From an uncultured delta proteobacterium (lineage in GTDB: Bacteria > Myxococcota_A > Polyangia > Polyangiales > Houyiibacteriaceae): 64,000 bases of DNA. The stretch is from the NCBI GenBank assembly GCA_963746475.1, contig CAVVBB010000002.1:785079-849078 (forward strand), given 5' to 3'. This document shows positions 29,086 through 39,826 of the stretch, in pieces. The notes under the pieces are model-generated. The model did not search any database and was not told where the DNA came from. It worked only from the letters and a program-made list of their open reading frames with translations. A program made the position numbers and the translations under genes. The stretch's first letter is position 1, and every line of letters starts with the position of its first letter.

Positions 29086-32000
29086 ATGAGGAGCTCGCGG
29101 CTTTCGCTCTGCCTCCTGATTCTGGTGACCCTCGCGCTATGGACCGACCGCGCCTCGGCTGTCACCGACCGCAATCTGACCGAGCGAGGTCAGATGCCTC
29201 CCTTCGCCGACACGGTGTACCCCGTCATTCACAGCAACGCCCTGCAGCAGGAGAAGTACGCGCAGGGTGGCGGACCGGCGGACCGCAGCGTGCAGACTTT
29301 CGCCGAGGGCATCGTCAAGACTCTGCCGCTGATTCCCGGCGCCTCCCTCGCCATCGGACCTTCCGTTCTTCCCAACGGAAACTTCGTGGCGGCCACGGGC
29401 CGCGGCATCGGCTTCAGTAGCCTCACCGTGCACGATCCGTTGACCGGTGCCATCGTCTGGATGGCGCCTCGGTACCTCGGCCCTGCTGACTATGCGCTAC
29501 GAAGGACGGTCGGCCCCTGGGCCTACGCCAGCGTTCCGGCGATCGATGCACAGGGTGGCATCTACATCGACGACGCTTTCAACTTCTGGAAGTTCGATGC
29601 GGACGGCGGCGTGCTCTGGGTCACCGACCACAGCGCGCTACCCGCGGGGCCCCAGCGGCTGAGCGAGGAGCCGCTCCGTCCGCGGAACATGAGCAACGAC
29701 TTCATTCCGACGGCGACCTTCGCGCCGGATGCGATTCGCTCTGCCGAGGGGAACAACCTCTGGGGCGGCGTCTGGTCGCGGGGTAGTGTCGTCTGGCTCG
29801 ATGCGGAGACGGGGGAGCCGGTCATCGTCAAAAGCGCCGGCCTCGCTACGTCCTTTCAGTCACCGATTCTGTTTCTCATCATCGACTTGCTCTGCTTCCC
29901 GGGCGGCCAGGTGGCGCTGGAGATCAAGGACGTCTGCTCGGCGGCCATCTACACGCGCTACTTTTCCTCCAACACCACGGCCATCGATCCGGTCCGTAAC
30001 CGCTTCTCGTTCACCTACGCCGGCGATGGTGCGAGCGTCGATCAGCTCAAGACCTGGGAGTTCGTGACCGAGGCGGGCTCGGGGCAGGCCGGGCGGGTTA
30101 CGTCGGTGGATACGGATTCCGATGGCTTCGGCGACTCTGGCGTCAGGGAGGTCTGGGCACAGCCGTTTGGTGTGAACACGGGCGCCACGCCAACGATTTC
30201 CGACACCTTGTCTGTGATTTACGATGTCGACGGGAGCGGCGTCAGCTTCGCGTTCGACGCGGATGACGGAACCATCCTTTCGAGCTCGAGCGGGGGCGGC
30301 ACTGGTTTCTCCCCGAGCACGGACCATGAGGATCAGCTCGAGGTCTGCTCTGCGGCGTTGGGACTGGCGAAGCTGGACGGATTGACCGGGCAGGTCCTTT
30401 GGCAGAACCCGGCGGAAGGCCTGGGGTTGGAGCACCTGCCGGTCGTGCCGGACGCGCCGCTGGCGGCCTCGGGAAGGCCCGCGGCGCAGTGCTCCGGCTT
30501 CGCTTCCGTGCATCGCGACGTCGTGACGGGCCAGTTCGTGCTGGGCTATCCCGTTCGGCTCCTAGAGGCTTTGGCAGCGCTCGGTATTCCGCTTCCGAGC
30601 ACGGTCACCAGTAGAGCCACGGTGGACTTCTCCGTGGACAACCGGACCGGAGCGAGCGTCGATGCCAAACTTCGCTCGCTGTACAATGGAAGTGGGGAGG
30701 CGCAGGTCATCCCGCAGGACAGCGGCCGCTTCACCTCGACCCGGGTAGACGCGGTGGCGGCGATCAACGCTGGTATCCTGAACCTGCTCCTGCCCCGGCG
30801 CTTCGACGTTCCGCCGGCCGAAGGCGGCTTCGTGATCTCGGAGCCCTACAGTTATCGGCAATCGGTGCTGAGCCAGCTCGACACGGCCGCCATGTACTGC
30901 GCGGACGTGCTGGACCTCCTTCCCAACACGGGCACGACCCCGGCCGATGAGCAGGCACGACAGATTGCCGTCAACAAGTCCCGGTACCTCAATTCGATCG
31001 TGAAGAGCTCGCTGCTCGGCCGAGTGGAAAGTGGCAACCGCCGACAGCCGCCGGAGTTCGGTGACGTCGAAGTCGACCAAATCGAGATCGCCGTCGACGA
31101 GATCATCGCGACCACGGACCTCGCCATCGAGCTTCTCTTGCAGGCCGGACCGAACGCGCCTGACCAGGAGTCGCAGGATCTCGCGAGGCAGGCCATCGAT
31201 CAGAGCTGCCGGAGCATCGCGAGCATTCGGGAGAAGATCGACGTGCCAGTCCCCCCGCCGGGTATGACTCCGAACTGTAGGAACGCGCCGAGGAAGGTGG
31301 AGCCGACCGCCATTCTGTCGAACGGCTGGGGCTATGATCTTGCGAACACGCGTGCACGGGATGCCTCTGAGACGACCCTGTCCGGCGACAACATCGGCCA
31401 GCTCGAGCTGAAGTGGGCCTTCGTGTTTCCCTTCGAGCCGGAGCGGCGCGCGCCGCCGATCGTGACTGAAAATGCGGTGTTCGCTGGCAGCATGGGCGGT
31501 GGCGTGTACGCGATCGATCGCGTGACTGGATGCGAGATTTGGCGCGCGAAGACTCGCGGTCTGGTGCGCACTGGGCTCGTCATGGGGCCGGGCCCAGACG
31601 GCGAACGACTCATCTACTTTGGCACTATCGGCGGCGAGGTCCGGGCCATCCGGGAGCGAGATGGCAAACTGGTTTGGCGGACACAGATCCTGTCGAACCG
31701 TGAAGTCCCCGTGTCGGAAGGTTTTCTCTACCGGATCGCCAACCTGCTGAGCTTTCACCGCGCCGACCCCACGATGCTGACCGGAACCCCGAGCCTGCAC
31801 GACGGGGTCCTCTACGTGCCGGTGTCCACGCGTGAGTCGTTCGGGGCGGCGGTGCCGATCCGGCCTTGCTGTTTTGCGTCCGGAAGCGTCGTCGCGCTGA
31901 ACGCCCAGACGGGGGAGAGCCTCTGGAGGACGGATACGATCGACGAAAGGGCGACTTTCAATTTGTCGACGGGGCAGTGGGCGCCGGCTGGCGCCGGCGT

Positions 32001-32907
32001 ATGGAACAGTCCGACGATCGATCCGGACCGGCGCCTGCTCTACTTCGGCACGGCCCAGAATTACTCCCGACCGACTTCGGATGGCACGAACTCGGTCTTC
32101 GCCCTCGACCTCGATACCGGTGATGTGCGTTGGCGTTTCAAGGGGGAGTTCGACGACGCCTGGAACGTCGCCTGTGCTCTGCCCCTTCCAGCCTTGCTCG
32201 GGCGGAACTGCCCGCCAGAGGAAGAGCTCAACCGTGACTTCGACTTCGGGTCTTCACCGATTCTCGCGAACCTACCCGGTGGCGGGCAGCTGCTTCTAGC
32301 AGGGAACAAGGGTGGCCTCGTGCACGGATTGGATCCGGACACGGGAACGCTGGTTTGGCGCACCCGCGTCTCGGACGGTGGGACGCTGGGTGGGGTGCAT
32401 TTCGGAATGGCTTATGACGGCTCTTCCGTGTACGCCGCCACGACCGATGCCCTGCTCACCATTCCCGGGACCGACGATCTCGGCGACCTGTTGCAGACCA
32501 TCTTCCGGCTGGACTTTTCCTTCACTCCCACACCGACCGGCCGGCCGGGTATCTACGCGCTCGACGCAGCCACGGGCGCCGAGCAATTCGTCGCGAAAAG
32601 CACCTTCATCAACGAGGATGGCGAAGAGCAGCAGTCTCCATACTCCGCCGCGCCTTCGATCATCCCAGGGGCCTTGCTCGCCGGGTCCTTGGACGGCTTC
32701 GTACGCGCGTTTTCGAGCACGGATGGACGCCTCCTCTGGGAGTTCGATACGGCCCAGGCTTTCATCAGCCCCGACGGGCGCAGCGGGCAAGGTGGTTCGA
32801 TCGCTGTCGGTGGTCCCATCGTCGCCGGAGACATGATGTTCATTGGATCGGGCTCGCTTCTCGAAGGGGAGTCCGGCAACGTGCTGTTTGCCTTCGGTTT
32901 GCCCTAA
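29086..32907 (+). CDS. Giant secreted protein B (1273 aa): unassigned roughly 700-aa module plus a C-terminal PQQ-dependent dehydrogenase-type beta-propeller
   Basis: The signal peptide is [25 protein letters not shown]. The N-terminus is paralogous to protein A. From about aa 735 the sequence reads [33 protein letters not shown], then repeated xGxVxAxDxxTGxxxW blades, with a vicinal Cys pair ([22 protein letters not shown]) as in quinoprotein dehydrogenases. It is tightly packed between pqqA (6-nt gap) and pqqB (26-nt gap). Confidence 0.8.
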   Translation: MRSSRLSLCLLILVTLALWTDRASAVTDRNLTERGQMPPFADTVYPVIHSNALQQEKYAQGGGPADRSVQTFAEGIVKTLPLIPGASLAIGPSVLPNGNFVAATGRGIGFSSLTVHDPLTGAIVWMAPRYLGPADYALRRTVGPWAYASVPAIDAQGGIYIDDAFNFWKFDADGGVLWVTDHSALPAGPQRLSEEPLRPRNMSNDFIPTATFAPDAIRSAEGNNLWGGVWSRGSVVWLDAETGEPVIVKSAGLATSFQSPILFLIIDLLCFPGGQVALEIKDVCSAAIYTRYFSSNTTAIDPVRNRFSFTYAGDGASVDQLKTWEFVTEAGSGQAGRVTSVDTDSDGFGDSGVREVWAQPFGVNTGATPTISDTLSVIYDVDGSGVSFAFDADDGTILSSSSGGGTGFSPSTDHEDQLEVCSAALGLAKLDGLTGQVLWQNPAEGLGLEHLPVVPDAPLAASGRPAAQCSGFASVHRDVVTGQFVLGYPVRLLEALAALGIPLPSTVTSRATVDFSVDNRTGASVDAKLRSLYNGSGEAQVIPQDSGRFTSTRVDAVAAINAGILNLLLPRRFDVPPAEGGFVISEPYSYRQSVLSQLDTAAMYCADVLDLLPNTGTTPADEQARQIAVNKSRYLNSIVKSSLLGRVESGNRRQPPEFGDVEVDQIEIAVDEIIATTDLAIELLLQAGPNAPDQESQDLARQAIDQSCRSIASIREKIDVPVPPPGMTPNCRNAPRKVEPTAILSNGWGYDLANTRARDASETTLSGDNIGQLELKWAFVFPFEPERRAPPIVTENAVFAGSMGGGVYAIDRVTGCEIWRAKTRGLVRTGLVMGPGPDGERLIYFGTIGGEVRAIRERDGKLVWRTQILSNREVPVSEGFLYRIANLLSFHRADPTMLTGTPSLHDGVLYVPVSTRESFGAAVPIRPCCFASGSVVALNAQTGESLWRTDTIDERATFNLSTGQWAPAGAGVWNSPTIDPDRRLLYFGTAQNYSRPTSDGTNSVFALDLDTGDVRWRFKGEFDDAWNVACALPLPALLGRNCPPEEELNRDFDFGSSPILANLPGGGQLLLAGNKGGLVHGLDPDTGTLVWRTRVSDGGTLGGVHFGMAYDGSSVYAATTDALLTIPGTDDLGDLLQTIFRLDFSFTPTPTGRPGIYALDAATGAEQFVAKSTFINEDGEEQQSPYSAAPSIIPGALLAGSLDGFVRAFSSTDGRLLWEFDTAQAFISPDGRSGQGGSIAVGGPIVAGDMMFIGSGSLLEGESGNVLFAFGLP

Positions 32908-32933
32908 CGAACGGTGTACCATCCAAACCCAGC

Positions 32934-33848
32934 ATGCGGGTACGCGTTCTCGGGTCTGGAGCGGGCGGCGGCTTTCCTCAGTGGAACTGCAACTGCAGCA
33001 ACTGCGCTGGCCTCCGCGCCGGGTCGTTGAAGGCACGAGCCCGTACCCAGTCCTCCATCGCGGTCAGCGCCGACGGGGAGGCATGGGTCCTGTTCAACGC
33101 CTCTCCTGACATTAGGCAGCAGCTGCTGGAGTTTCCCTCGGCGCAGCCTGCGCGCGCCGTGCGAGACACGGCAATCTGTGGGGTCGTGCTGATGGATGCT
33201 CACATCGATCACACCGCAGGGCTCCTGATCCTGCGTGAGGGTGAGCCGCTGGACGTGTATTGCACGGAACCCGTGTACGAGGATCTCACGACGAGTCACC
33301 CGGTGCTCGTCCTGCTGGAGCACTTCTGCGGGGTGCATCGTCGGCGCATTCCTCTGGGCCCCGAAGAGAGTTTTGCAGTGGAAGGGGCGCCCGGCCTGCG
33401 GTTCACAGCCTGGCCGCTGCAGAGCAAGCCTCCGCCGTTTTCTCCTCACCGTAACCACCCCCGAGCGGGGGACAACATCGGGATGCTCATCGAGGACGAG
33501 CAAAGCGGGGGTAGCCTGTTTTATGCGCCGGGGCTGGCCCGTGTCGACGAAGCGCTTCGACGTCGATTCTCCGAGTCCGACTGCCTGCTCGTCGATGGAA
33601 CCTTCTGGAGCGAGGACGAAATGCTGCGTCACGGAGTGGGTGAGAAGCGAGCCGGAGACATGGGACATCTGCCGCAATCCGGGGAGGGCGGCATGATGAG
33701 CGTCCTCGCTCCGCTTAAGGACACTCGCCGGGTGCTCATTCACATCAACAACACCAACCCCATTCTGGATGAGGCCTCTGCCGAACGGGCGGAGCTGCGG
33801 GCCGCAGGGATCGAGGTCGCTCACGATGGAATGGAGTTCGAGCTGTGA
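32934..33848 (+). CDS. pqqB: PQQ biosynthesis protein B (metallo-beta-lactamase fold)
   Basis: [28 protein letters not shown] is the canonical PqqB N-terminus. Its operon position also fits. Confidence 0.9.
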   Translation: MRVRVLGSGAGGGFPQWNCNCSNCAGLRAGSLKARARTQSSIAVSADGEAWVLFNASPDIRQQLLEFPSAQPARAVRDTAICGVVLMDAHIDHTAGLLILREGEPLDVYCTEPVYEDLTTSHPVLVLLEHFCGVHRRRIPLGPEESFAVEGAPGLRFTAWPLQSKPPPFSPHRNHPRAGDNIGMLIEDEQSGGSLFYAPGLARVDEALRRRFSESDCLLVDGTFWSEDEMLRHGVGEKRAGDMGHLPQSGEGGMMSVLAPLKDTRRVLIHINNTNPILDEASAERAELRAAGIEVAHDGMEFEL

Positions 33849-34558
33849 TGAGCGACCCGCCTTGGAGCGAAGCCGAGTTCGTCGAGCGCCTGAGGGCCAA
33901 GGGCGAAGGCTACCATCTCAATCATCCCTTCGAGCGGATGCTTCGGGAAGGCCGCTTGAATGAAGCGCAGCTGCGCGGCTGGGTTGCCAATCGCTACCTC
34001 TACCAGATCAGGATTCCCCTCAAAGACGCGGCGATTTTGTCCAATTGTCCGGACCGAGAGGTTCGTCGCAAGTGGATCGTGCGCATCCTGGAGCAGGACG
34101 GAAGACAGGCCGGGGAAGGCGGCAATGAAGCCTGGATACGTCTCGGTGAGGCCTGCGGGCTGAGTCGAGAGGAAATGCTGAGCGAACAGCACGTGCTCCC
34201 CGGCGTACGTTTTGCGGTCGACGCCTATGTCCACTTTGCGAGAACGCGTCCCTGGCAAGAGGCGGTCTGCGCCTCGCTCACCGAGCTCTTCGCCCCGGGT
34301 GCGCATCAGGCTCGCCTGGAGGCTTTCCCCAGGCACTACCCCTGGGTGGACCCAGAAGCCTTGGCCTACTTTCGGAGAAGGCTGAGTGAGGCACCCAGGG
34401 ACGTGAACCACGGCCTGGAAGTCACGCTGCGGCACTTTCGTGTCCGTGCGCAGCAGGAGCGAGCGCTGCAGATCCTTCAGTTCAAGCTCGACGTGCTCTG
34501 GTCGATGCTGGACGCCATCTACCATGCTTACGTCACGGAGTCCGGGGGCGGGGAATGA
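33845..34558 (+). CDS. pqqC: Pyrroloquinoline-quinone synthase PqqC
   Basis: [51 protein letters not shown] matches PqqC. The start (GTG 33845 or ATG 33848) overlaps the pqqB stop. Confidence 0.9.
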   Translation: MMSDPPWSEAEFVERLRAKGEGYHLNHPFERMLREGRLNEAQLRGWVANRYLYQIRIPLKDAAILSNCPDREVRRKWIVRILEQDGRQAGEGGNEAWIRLGEACGLSREEMLSEQHVLPGVRFAVDAYVHFARTRPWQEAVCASLTELFAPGAHQARLEAFPRHYPWVDPEALAYFRRRLSEAPRDVNHGLEVTLRHFRVRAQQERALQILQFKLDVLWSMLDAIYHAYVTESGGGE

Positions 34559-34839
34559 GCGCGCGCTGCGAGCCCGCTGACCGCATCGTCATGGCGCCCC
34601 ACTTTCGTCTGCAGTGGGAGGAGGCGCAGCAGCGTCACGTGCTTCTCTACCCGGAGGGCATGGTCCGCCTGAACGACTCCGCGGCCGAGGTTTTGGTGCT
34701 GTGTGCAAACGGAACCTCGTTCGGCAGTCTCCTAGAGACCATGAGGGCCCGATACCCGGTGGACGAGATCGAGGGCGACGTGCGAGAGTTCTTGCAAGAG
34801 GCAGCGTCCAATGGCTGGGTCCGCATCGAACGAAGCTAG
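34555..34839 (+). CDS. pqqD: PQQ biosynthesis peptide chaperone PqqD
   Basis: 94 aa, with [34 protein letters not shown] typical of PqqD. There is an ATGA overlap with pqqC. Confidence 0.85.
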   Translation: MSARCEPADRIVMAPHFRLQWEEAQQRHVLLYPEGMVRLNDSAAEVLVLCANGTSFGSLLETMRARYPVDEIEGDVREFLQEAASNGWVRIERS

Positions 34840-35935
34840 TTCGCCCCTGTGGCTGCTCGCAGAGCTGACCTACCGCTGCCCGCTGCAGTGTTACTACTGC
34901 TCGAACCCCGTCGACTTCGCGAGGCACCGCGAGGAGCTGAGCACTGCGCAGTGGCTAAGCGTCCTTCGTGAAGCTCGCGAATTGGGCGTCGTGCAGCTCG
35001 GGTTCTCGGGCGGGGAGCCCTTGCTTCGTCAAGACTTGGAGATGCTCGTGACCGAGGCCAACGGGCTCGGCTACTACACGAACCTCATCACTTCGGGCAT
35101 GGGCATGAACGAGGCCCGCCTGGCCCGCTTGAAAGAGGCGGGTCTCGATCACATCCAGCTCAGCTTCCAGGCAAGCCGCGCCGAGCTAAACGACTCCATC
35201 GGGGGCGCAAAGAGCTTCGAGCACAAGCGGCAGCTCGCAGGGCTCATCAAGGCACATGGCTACGCGATGGTCCTCAACTTCGTGCTGCACCGAGAAAACA
35301 TCGATTCGGTGGAGGAGATGCTGGAGCTCGCGGAAGCCCTCGGCGCGGACTACGTGGAACTGGCGAACACACAGTACGGCGGCTGGGCGCAGCTCAACCG
35401 AAAGCTCCTTTTGCCTAGCGCCTCCCAGCTCGAGCGTGCGGAAGCCGTGACACGGGCGTTCCGCGAGCGGGCCGGTGAGGATATGCGCATCTTCTACGTG
35501 GTCTCCGACTACTTCGAGGGCAGACCCAAGCCTTGCGCGGGAGGCTGGGGTCGGCTGTTCATGCAAGTGACCCCCGATGGCACCGTGCTGCCCTGTCATG
35601 GTGCGCGGGACCTTCCCGGGCTCAGCTTTCCCAAGGCCCAGGAAAACGACCTGCGCTTCATCTGGGAGGAATCGCCGCTGTTCAAACGCTTCCGTGGGCA
35701 GGACTGGATGAAAGAGCCCTGCCGAACTTGTCCGAAGCGCGCCGAAGACTTTGGAGGCTGTCGCTGTCAGGCATTCCTGCTCACTGGCGACCCGGAGAAC
35801 GCCGACCCCGTCTGCGCGCTGTCTCCGCATCACGCGCTGATTTCGGAGGCCATTACAGCGGCGGAGGGGGCGAACCGATCCGAGCTGCTTCCGATTCTTC
35901 GAAACGCACGCAACTCGCGTTCACAGACTGACTGA
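34811..35935 (+). CDS. pqqE: PQQ biosynthesis radical-SAM enzyme PqqE
   Basis: The radical-SAM cluster motif is LTYRCPLQCYYCSNP. The C-terminal SPASM-type cysteines are CAGGWG...CHG...CRTCPKRAEDFGGCRCQ. Confidence 0.9.
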   Translation: MAGSASNEASSPLWLLAELTYRCPLQCYYCSNPVDFARHREELSTAQWLSVLREARELGVVQLGFSGGEPLLRQDLEMLVTEANGLGYYTNLITSGMGMNEARLARLKEAGLDHIQLSFQASRAELNDSIGGAKSFEHKRQLAGLIKAHGYAMVLNFVLHRENIDSVEEMLELAEALGADYVELANTQYGGWAQLNRKLLLPSASQLERAEAVTRAFRERAGEDMRIFYVVSDYFEGRPKPCAGGWGRLFMQVTPDGTVLPCHGARDLPGLSFPKAQENDLRFIWEESPLFKRFRGQDWMKEPCRTCPKRAEDFGGCRCQAFLLTGDPENADPVCALSPHHALISEAITAAEGANRSELLPILRNARNSRSQTD

Positions 35936-36010
35936 CGGCTCCTCCCCCGATTCGCACGAGGCTGCCTGAGCCGCTTTGGCTGAACGGCCCACGCCATACT
36001 CGAACCATGG

Positions 36011-36325
36011 CTACTTTCGAGGCGGCAGCCCGTGGATCATCGTTAGAAAGCGCATCGATGTGCCGGCGCGGCGGTGCTCGGAGATGGCCTGGTATTCCGG
36101 GTCGGCAAACCAGTCGCGTGCTGCCTGCTCGTTTGGAAACCGAAAGAGCACGACCCGACCTTCCCGAGGGCTGTCGCCTTCGAAGGTGACGGTGTTGTCG
36201 TCGTAGGTGAAGAACTCGCCCCCGTGCCGCTTCAGGATGGGGAAGAAGCCCTTTTCGTACTGGCGATAGGTATCCGCGTCGTGGACGACGAAGTTGGCGA
36301 CAACATAAACGGGCACGTCAGACAT
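36011..36325 (-). CDS. DUF1330 domain protein
   Basis: 104 aa from MSDVPVYVVANFVVHDADTYRQYEKGF...FEGDSPREGRVVLFRFPNEQAARDWFADPEYQ, matching the DUF1330 pattern. The upstream part of the track ORF is Arg-rich and is rejected. Confidence 0.7.
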   Translation of the reverse strand: MSDVPVYVVANFVVHDADTYRQYEKGFFPILKRHGGEFFTYDDNTVTFEGDSPREGRVVLFRFPNEQAARDWFADPEYQAISEHRRAGTSMRFLTMIHGLPPRK

Positions 36326-36601
36326 GAGCGAAGCGTAGCCGTCAGTCACGCGCCGAGCCAGTGGACATGTTGGCTCAATCCGTTCCCGGGCAGCCCTTGC
36401 GACGTTGGTTTGCCCTAGACGGCGCGACAGGATGCGCCTGCGACCAATGCAAGAGCCAACAGGCCTCGCTCGCCACGCGACACTCCCTCTCTTTTGCGCT
36501 GCCCTACGCGCGTATCGACCGCTACCTGGGAAGCGCACGGATCAGCCACTTCCGCGAGGCGCTCAGACTGACGAGCATGGACTTCACTCAGAGGATTCGC
36601 T

Positions 36602-36913
36602 TCAGGGGCATTCTTCGGTGAAGCAGTGACAGACGCAGTAGTACGTGTCCGGCAGTGGCATGGATGGATCGAAATCGCCGCCGCAACTGCCGTACGAGTC
36701 GGTTCCGCTCGTTCGGCAGAACGTCCGACATGGACCGTCGCAAAAAGTTGGATTCTCAAAGTCCTGCGGGTCGCATTCCACATCAAGCATGCAGTTGTCG
36801 GCTCCCGGAAAGCCGCCTGCGCCGTCCACGACTTCGGTGTCGTCCGCTGGGCACCCTGAGACAGCGAGCACTAGGCTGATGATGATTAGGGTGGTGGGCC
36901 ACAGCGCTTTCAT
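36602..36913 (-). CDS. Small Cys-rich lipoprotein (hypothetical)
   Basis: The signal/lipobox is MKALWPTTLIIISLVLAVSGC. The mature roughly 80 aa contain 11 Cys. Confidence 0.5.
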   Translation of the reverse strand: MKALWPTTLIIISLVLAVSGCPADDTEVVDGAGGFPGADNCMLDVECDPQDFENPTFCDGPCRTFCRTSGTDSYGSCGGDFDPSMPLPDTYYCVCHCFTEECP

Positions 36914-37104
36914 GATCGCGAGGCTAAATCGAAGTCGATCTCGTCGTCCATTGAAAAACATCATGGACGGGTGAGGTCGCGTCCTGAGCCGCTGCCAGAC
37001 GCTCGAGGAACGGTGATGGTACGAGAGCGCGACCGAGAGCTCTCAGTCGAACAGACTATCGAGCCAACCGAGCCAAGGTCTGAAAAAACGAGCGGAAGTG
37101 GCTT

Positions 37105-38451
37105 TCACCCATCTAGGTCCTCGAGGCTGGGCGCTACCGGATAGGAAAGGCGCTCGGGGACATCGGCTTGGTTCGCTTCGCCCGACCGCGTCAGCGCATG
37201 TCTGAGAACGACCGGCATGAGCACTTCGTCGAACGCGACCACCGCGAAGAGAAGTGCGCTAGCCGGCTCACCGAAGTCCGGAAAGGCTTTGCGGACGAGC
37301 AATGCTAGGGCCAAAGCGAGCCCCGCTTGCGGGAGCAGTCCGGTCCAGGCCCAACGACGAACCTCGATCGGCGCGTTGACCCCCAAAGTGCTGACGGCGC
37401 TGGTCAGCCAGAAGCTCGCGGCACGCACAGCGACCAGAATGAGCGCAACGGCCCCGACCTGAAGCATCAAAGGCAAGCGAATGCTCGCGCCCGCCACGGC
37501 AAAGAACACCAAGTAAACGGGCAATGACGCCCATTCGAGCTTTCGAATGAGCGGAAAGCTCTCGGTCTCGGGGAAGTTTGCGATGCATACGCCCGCCGAG
37601 AGCATGGTGATGAGCGGATCCAATGCGACCCGCGGGCCGATTTCGGCGACGACGATGCACCATAGAAGAACAAACAAGGAAATGCGCTGACGAACGTGCC
37701 TCAAGTAGAGCGCGAGCACGAAACCTATGGCCGCCCCAACGCACATGGATCCAAACAGTTCCCAGAGGACGGCGAGGATCGTATCGAGAGCGTTCGCGAC
37801 GCCACCCGTGGTCGCACGCGCCGCCGCAGAAGTGGCGGCGAAGAGCACGATGACGACGAGATCTCCGATGACCACGGTCCCCAAGATAGTGCGGCTCAGA
37901 GGCCCGTCAGCTTTCGTCTCGCCGAGCAGTGCCATCACGGCCGCAGGGGACTGCGCGGTCAATACCACGCCTAGCATCAGGCAGATCCAGCCCAGGGCCA
38001 AGCCCTCAAAACCCCTCAAGAAAGAGGTCATGGGCGCCGTCCAGAAGAGCGCCGCAGCGAGCGCGATGGCTGTGATCGGCACGGCGCCGAGGCTGAGCCT
38101 CAGCACGACCCGCAACACGGGACGCAAACGTTCCAAGCTCAGCTCTCCACCAGCGGTGAGAGCAATGAGGCAAATCGCCACCCCATTGACCAGGTCGAGC
38201 TGATGGGCCGCCGTTTCGGAAACGAGGCCCAGAGCATCGGGCCCAGTAATCATGCCAGCCAGGAGATAGCCGACGAGCCGGGGAAGGCCAATTTGCGCGA
38301 GCAAGTCACCAGTAAAGAATGCTGCGAGGAGTAGAAAGCCGAAGGACAAAGCAGTGCCCGCTATCCCGTGCACGTCGGCACCCCCGGGCAGTAGACTTTG
38401 AGCCGCTTGGAGCAGCAGACAGAGGAACAGGAGAATCAACAGGCTCCTCAT
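37105..38451 (-). CDS. Cation:proton antiporter (Na+/H+ exchanger family, CPA2-like)
   Basis: Starts at MRSLLILLF, with an ATGA overlap with the upstream gene's stop. GLPRLVGYLLAGMITGPDALGL plus about 12 TM segments are typical of the sodium/hydrogen exchanger family. It is the C-terminal 448 aa of the 883-aa track ORF. Confidence 0.75.
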   Translation of the reverse strand: MRSLLILLFLCLLLQAAQSLLPGGADVHGIAGTALSFGFLLLAAFFTGDLLAQIGLPRLVGYLLAGMITGPDALGLVSETAAHQLDLVNGVAICLIALTAGGELSLERLRPVLRVVLRLSLGAVPITAIALAAALFWTAPMTSFLRGFEGLALGWICLMLGVVLTAQSPAAVMALLGETKADGPLSRTILGTVVIGDLVVIVLFAATSAAARATTGGVANALDTILAVLWELFGSMCVGAAIGFVLALYLRHVRQRISLFVLLWCIVVAEIGPRVALDPLITMLSAGVCIANFPETESFPLIRKLEWASLPVYLVFFAVAGASIRLPLMLQVGAVALILVAVRAASFWLTSAVSTLGVNAPIEVRRWAWTGLLPQAGLALALALLVRKAFPDFGEPASALLFAVVAFDEVLMPVVLRHALTRSGEANQADVPERLSYPVAPSLEDLDG

Positions 38452-39720
38452 CGGTCGACTCCCCGCCGATGCAGGACCTCGGCCAAGATCGCCCCTCCGA
38501 GCACTGCGGTCACAATCCAAGAAATGGCTCGACCGCGGTACATGCCTTGTGCGCTGATAACGATGGCGATCGAGACGATGCTCACTGGAGGAGCGAGCAA
38601 GAACATGCGACGTGAGGATGTTGAGGATGTGTCCCCGTGCTGGCGAACCAGCCATTCGGCAAAGAAGTTCCCGAGGCCCCGGCTTACGACAAAGACGGGA
38701 ACCAGGACCCAGCCGCGCCATCCGGTGATGTCCCACAGAGCCCCGACGATCGTCAGGAACAGGTAGTAAATCGGTCGCTCGAGTTGGGTGAGGAGCCTCC
38801 ACAAGCGCTGCTTGTGCGCCCCTGGCAAGTTGACGAGCAGGGCCCCTACGATGAAGCAAATCACCAGCGGGGAGAGCAGCAGAAACCCGGCGATCCCCGC
38901 GGCAAATGCGACGGAGCCCAGGCACAGCGCGAAAAACTGAGGCCCCTGCCGAGACCCTGCGACAATCGCGTGTGTCAGAAGGCCGACCGCGGTGCCGACC
39001 CCGAGCGTCAGCAGCAACCAAACGGTACCAGGGAGTTTCCAGACAAACTCGACCCACAGCGGCCTGAAGAAGGCCCCGAGGAGAGCGAGCCCCGCCACTG
39101 CAACGATTCTCGTCCATAAACTCGAGACGTCGGGCGAGCTCGCGCTCGGAACCCTTCGGGTTCCACAGCCCGGGTCGGTCCGCGACGCTGGAAGCTGTAA
39201 TGGCTCCCGCCGTCGCCAACACGAGGGCGTCACGCAAGAACTTCCCATCGGCCCAACTCTCACCGAGGGCGAGCATGACGGCGCTCCCCGCAAGTCCGAC
39301 AGTGGCGAACGGAATGAGGGAGCGCAACGCCACGTCGAGCGCCGTTCCACGTGGTGCGCGCTCGAGCACGCGAGCATCGAATTGAAATCCGATGATCAGG
39401 CCCAGCCACCCTAAGGCGAAGTGCACGAGAGGCGTAAGGTCTCGCAGAACTTTGTCGTCGAGGATGCCGACGCGAGGCTGGCGCGCGATGAGTCCAAGAA
39501 TGATGAAAGGAAGGCCGCCTGTAATAATCTGGCGTACGCCGATACGCTCTTCGAGTCGACGCACGGCTGGGTGACCACCGGCCCACCCCAGAGTCATCAG
39601 AAGCAATAGCCCCAAGACGGTCTTGAGCACGAGCCCGGTGTCGTGCGATTTCTCCTGGATGCCGCTGGCCGACGCGCCCTGAGCACTCATGAAGAGTACA
39701 AAAGCCAAACCACACCGCAT
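38448..39720 (-). pseudogene. Second cation:proton antiporter paralogue with a reading-frame break near 39110-39125
   Basis: The N-terminal roughly 200 aa are TM-rich (...GLPFIILGLIARQPRVGIL...LATAGAITASS...ELARRLEFMDE) and lie in the frame of the 883-aa ORF. The TM-rich continuation (IVAVAGLALLGAFFRPLWVEF...LHRRGVDR*) lies in the frame of track ORF 38448..39377. The first frame downstream of the break is Arg/Pro-rich nonsense. Confidence 0.65.
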
Positions 39721-39826
39721 CGGCCATTGTACATCGGATCGGGCAGCCCCACTCACGTTCCTTGCACCGGTTTCATCGCGATGGCTGTCTCATGGAGGAG
39801 ACACTGCAACTGGGCACCCTAGGGAA

